From positions 330,606 through 394,605 of the forward strand of contig NIVC01001499.1 of the NCBI GenBank assembly GCA_002269645.1: DNA of 64,000 nt, read 5' to 3'. The notes under the pieces were generated by a model. It searched no databases and was not told the origin of the DNA. It saw only the letters and a program-made list of their open reading frames with translations. The position numbers and the translations under genes were made by a program. Origin of the DNA: Macrostomum lignano (lineage: Eukaryota). Below are positions 61,546-64,000 of the stretch, piece by piece (the first letter of the stretch is position 1; each line of letters opens with the position of its first letter).

Positions 61546-61947
61546 ATGACAACAAATAACTTTCTTGAAGATTTGGCTAACGAACTGGAAATCCCAAACT
61601 TTAGAGGAATATTTATGAGGGACACTCTGCCTGATTTTCCTCTAAGAAAAGAATGCGGCATCATGAACTTTGACACCACCGATAAGCCAGGATCTCATTG
61701 GGTTTGCTGGGTGATTGATCCCGATCGCAAGCACAAGTGTTATTACTTCGATAGCTATGGGACGGCAGTACCAGAAGAGCTAAGAAATTATATGAAGGGA
61801 AAAAATAATAAAAAAATTTATCGCTCAGACTTTATTCTCCAAGGTCTTAGCAGTGATATTTGCGGTGAGCTGTGCATGACTGTTTTGTATGCAATGACCA
61901 AAACACGAAAGACCTACAAGGAAATTATTCTTGGCTGTGTTTCATAG
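61546..61947 (+). CDS. Adenain-like cysteine (maturation) protease
   Basis: GSHW, FDSYG, LQ, ICG: intact H-D-Q-C set. Confidence 0.9.
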   Translation: MTTNNFLEDLANELEIPNFRGIFMRDTLPDFPLRKECGIMNFDTTDKPGSHWVCWVIDPDRKHKCYYFDSYGTAVPEELRNYMKGKNNKKIYRSDFILQGLSSDICGELCMTVLYAMTKTRKTYKEIILGCVS

Positions 61948-62610
61948 GGTTCATTGTGCATTCTCGTCGTCCTTCTTGCCGAATTTCTTGCCGATTTCTT
62001 TCTTTCCGCATAATGTTGAAAAACTTTCTCGAGTTCATTTCTCAGCTGACTCATGTCATCAGTACCGACCATGTTCAAGTTCATTCGAATTGATTGTTCA
62101 TAAAGATCCTGAATGGTTTTGAACTCATCCTCTGAAATGAACTTATCTCGATTGCCCTTGAAATGTACCCTATGATTGAAGTGTGCACCCCTTTCTCTTT
62201 TACTTGCTTCTCCTGTAGCTGCTTTAGTTTTTTTCGCCTGTTTCGCGCTAATGCTCCAGTAATTGCTGAAATAAGTCCACATGCAGCACCCACAGAGCCG
62301 AGCGGGATTGCGATTGGGCTGTGATGACTGGCAACACTGAGACAGCTGCAGCAGATCCAGATAGAACAGACACAGATCCTAGAATCATATTGCTGTAGTC
62401 GAAAAATTTACAGTGGTTGTCATAGCGCTTAATTTTCTTTGTGTTGTGGAAAATATTTTTTTCAAGATCATCGCGCATTTTTTGAATCTCCACTAGTCGA
62501 AACTGTTGAGAGTTACAAGTAATGACGGGGTAGAGTTTTTGTTGCTCATATTGGGGTGCACTAGGTGCTGTGGGAGCATTCGGATCATAAAGAGAATTTT
62601 GAGCATCCAT
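61914..62610 (-). CDS. Adintovirus GasX-like membrane-active accessory protein (two 1-nt frameshifts at ~62317 and ~62147)
   Basis: Repaired: coiled coil, small-residue hydrophobic hairpin (LGSVSVLSGSAAAV...PIAIPLGSVGAACGLISAITG), basic stretch, then ISEDEFKTI; family call from pattern memory only. Confidence 0.5.
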
Positions 62611-62717
62611 TTTTTAGGGAATTTTTTAAAAAAATCGGCAACTAGTTGGTGGTGGCTAGATTTGTTTTACGGTTGATTGCTTCGTCTGCAGTGACGGCAA
62701 CAGGTCTCTGAATCTGC

Positions 62718-63442
62718 CTATTCATTATCTGTGAGCTCCATTCTACGCATGATCTCAAACAAGTCGGTTGGATCACTTGTTTCCCTTGTGGTCTGTGGTG
62801 CCTCTTCAGCGTCAATGTTTTTGAGATTATGCAAGCGTTCAAGACGACCGATTCTTCTCACCGATTTCTGCCATTCGGTAAAAACTAAATCTACAAAGAC
62901 TTTAATTGCAGTAATTCTTACTTTGATTTGATCATGCAACGCTGTTGACTGAGTCATGAACTCTTCTAAATTCCTCACTTTACCTGTGTTGGTTGCGACG
63001 TTTTCTTTAATTCTATCATGCAACGCTGTTGACTGGTTCATGAACTCTTCTAAATTATTCACTTTAGCTGTGTTTGTGAAAACTCCTCTTCAAGAATACG
63101 CATCCGTCTATCAGTGGAATTTCCAGAAGATTAACTGTCGATCTTAAGCTGTTGATTTGCGAGACTGCCGAAGTTATTTCTGACCTAAGTTCATTAGTTG
63201 CGTTTAACAACGGCACATAAAGCTTATCACTTTCAAACTTCTGCCTGCTACTTTAAGCCTGAGATCTTCCATGTTTATTTGCAACTGGTGCATGGAGCGC
63301 TCTAGTTTCAGTCTGTTTTTATTCAGTTTGATCTCTGGGATCTTTCGTCGCTGTTGATATATCGCCTGTCAAGGATGGATATCTGAGCTGATGTAAGAGC
63401 GCTGTTGCCAGAAATGGATTCACCTGCAAAGTTTATCGACAT
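62718..63442 (-). CDS. Coiled-coil Polinton protein, frameshifted, with a 28-aa internal duplication (NLEEFMxQSTALHDxIK x2)
   Basis: Probable ATG at 63442 (MSINFAGES...); 84-nt repeat at 62933/63017; function unknown. Confidence 0.4.
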
Positions 63443-63530
63443 CTTTTAATAGCAAATTTTAAATTACAGTTCTTTTTTCTTTGCTGATAATCACAAACTG
63501 GTAGGCTGATTCCACTTGTCATAGCAAAGA

Positions 63531-63977
63531 TTAACGAATTCCTCTTGTGAAATCTTTCTGCTTGAGTTTTTTGTTGGATTTATGAAAATAGGCAGGCGCA
63601 ATGACCTCATTGTAAAATCTTTTTAGCCTGTCCTGTGGAATGGTTGGAAACAGGAGAATCAGATTGCAGTTCCCACGAATTGTTTTGTTCGGGAGCTCGA
63701 ACCAGTTCTGTGCAATGTAAATTACATTACAATTGTTATGTCGCCCTCTTGTAAAATAGTTTTCTATCTGCTTCTGTGGGCCTGTCATACAATCATCAAA
63801 GACGATCAAATGCTTTCTCCCCTTTTCTAGCTCATCTGGTTGGGGTAGAAGTTTGGTCTTTGGATCAGCCTGTGGATCTCCATAGGTGAACACTTTAATG
63901 TTCTGCCATTTTTCATTGTCTTTGAGGTGCTTTGCATATTCGGCAGCTACAATTTCAGGGTTACTGGGAAGGCTCAT
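63531..63977 (-). CDS. A32/FtsK-like DNA packaging ATPase, C-terminal part
   Basis: Walker B LIVFDD, GRH motif, IYIAQ, IRGNCN; Walker A not in window. Confidence 0.88.
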   Translation of the reverse strand: MSLPSNPEIVAAEYAKHLKDNEKWQNIKVFTYGDPQADPKTKLLPQPDELEKGRKHLIVFDDCMTGPQKQIENYFTRGRHNNCNVIYIAQNWFELPNKTIRGNCNLILLFPTIPQDRLKRFYNEVIAPAYFHKSNKKLKQKDFTRGIR

Positions 63978-64000
63978 TTGGTTATTAAAACATGCAATAA

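Larger units (their letters stand above)
54124..64000. mobile_element. Polinton/Maverick (adintovirus-like) endogenous DNA virus, left part; continues beyond window
   Basis: Retroviral-type integrase + protein-primed PolB + adenain + A32/FtsK ATPase + parvo-type PLA2 + pX-like. Left end is tentative (AGTAGA at 54124); TIR and TSD cannot be checked in this window. Confidence 0.93.

Overview
Eukaryotic (animal) genomic DNA. GC-rich exons, AT-rich introns packed with minisatellites and low-complexity proteins suggest a flatworm such as Macrostomum, but this is inference only. The left 36 kb holds three host genes: (1) an unrecognised ~813-aa multi-pass membrane protein (+, 3 exons rebuilt from splice signals); (2) a TBC1D12/14-like Rab-GAP (-, 3 exons); (3) a class IIa histone deacetylase, HDAC4/5/7-like (-, 5 exons). 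Most introns carry their own minisatellite. Also present: two tRNA-derived SINEs, a ~720-bp fold-back element, a 4468-bp tandem duplication and a 5.5-kb 23-bp satellite with a 1150-bp higher-order repeat. The right 19 kb is mobile DNA. A young full-length Ty3/Gypsy LTR retrotransposon spans 44880-53948 (452-bp LTRs, AAGG target-site duplication, tRNA-Gln PBS). It is followed by the left ~10 kb of a Polinton/Maverick (adintovirus-like) endogenous virus: spliced RING gene, PLA2, integrase, pX-like, pPolB, adenain, GasX-like and packaging ATPase. Top leads: a cold-shock domain in frame between the Gag CCHC knuckle and the protease of the Gypsy polyprotein; a TBC exon bracketed by reverse-complementary minisatellite arrays (circRNA/exon-skipping geometry); a Polinton whose frameshifts are all repairable by homopolymer-length fixes; an inverted repeat around the Polinton RING gene whose differences are synonymous; and a long nested hairpin in the Polinton.
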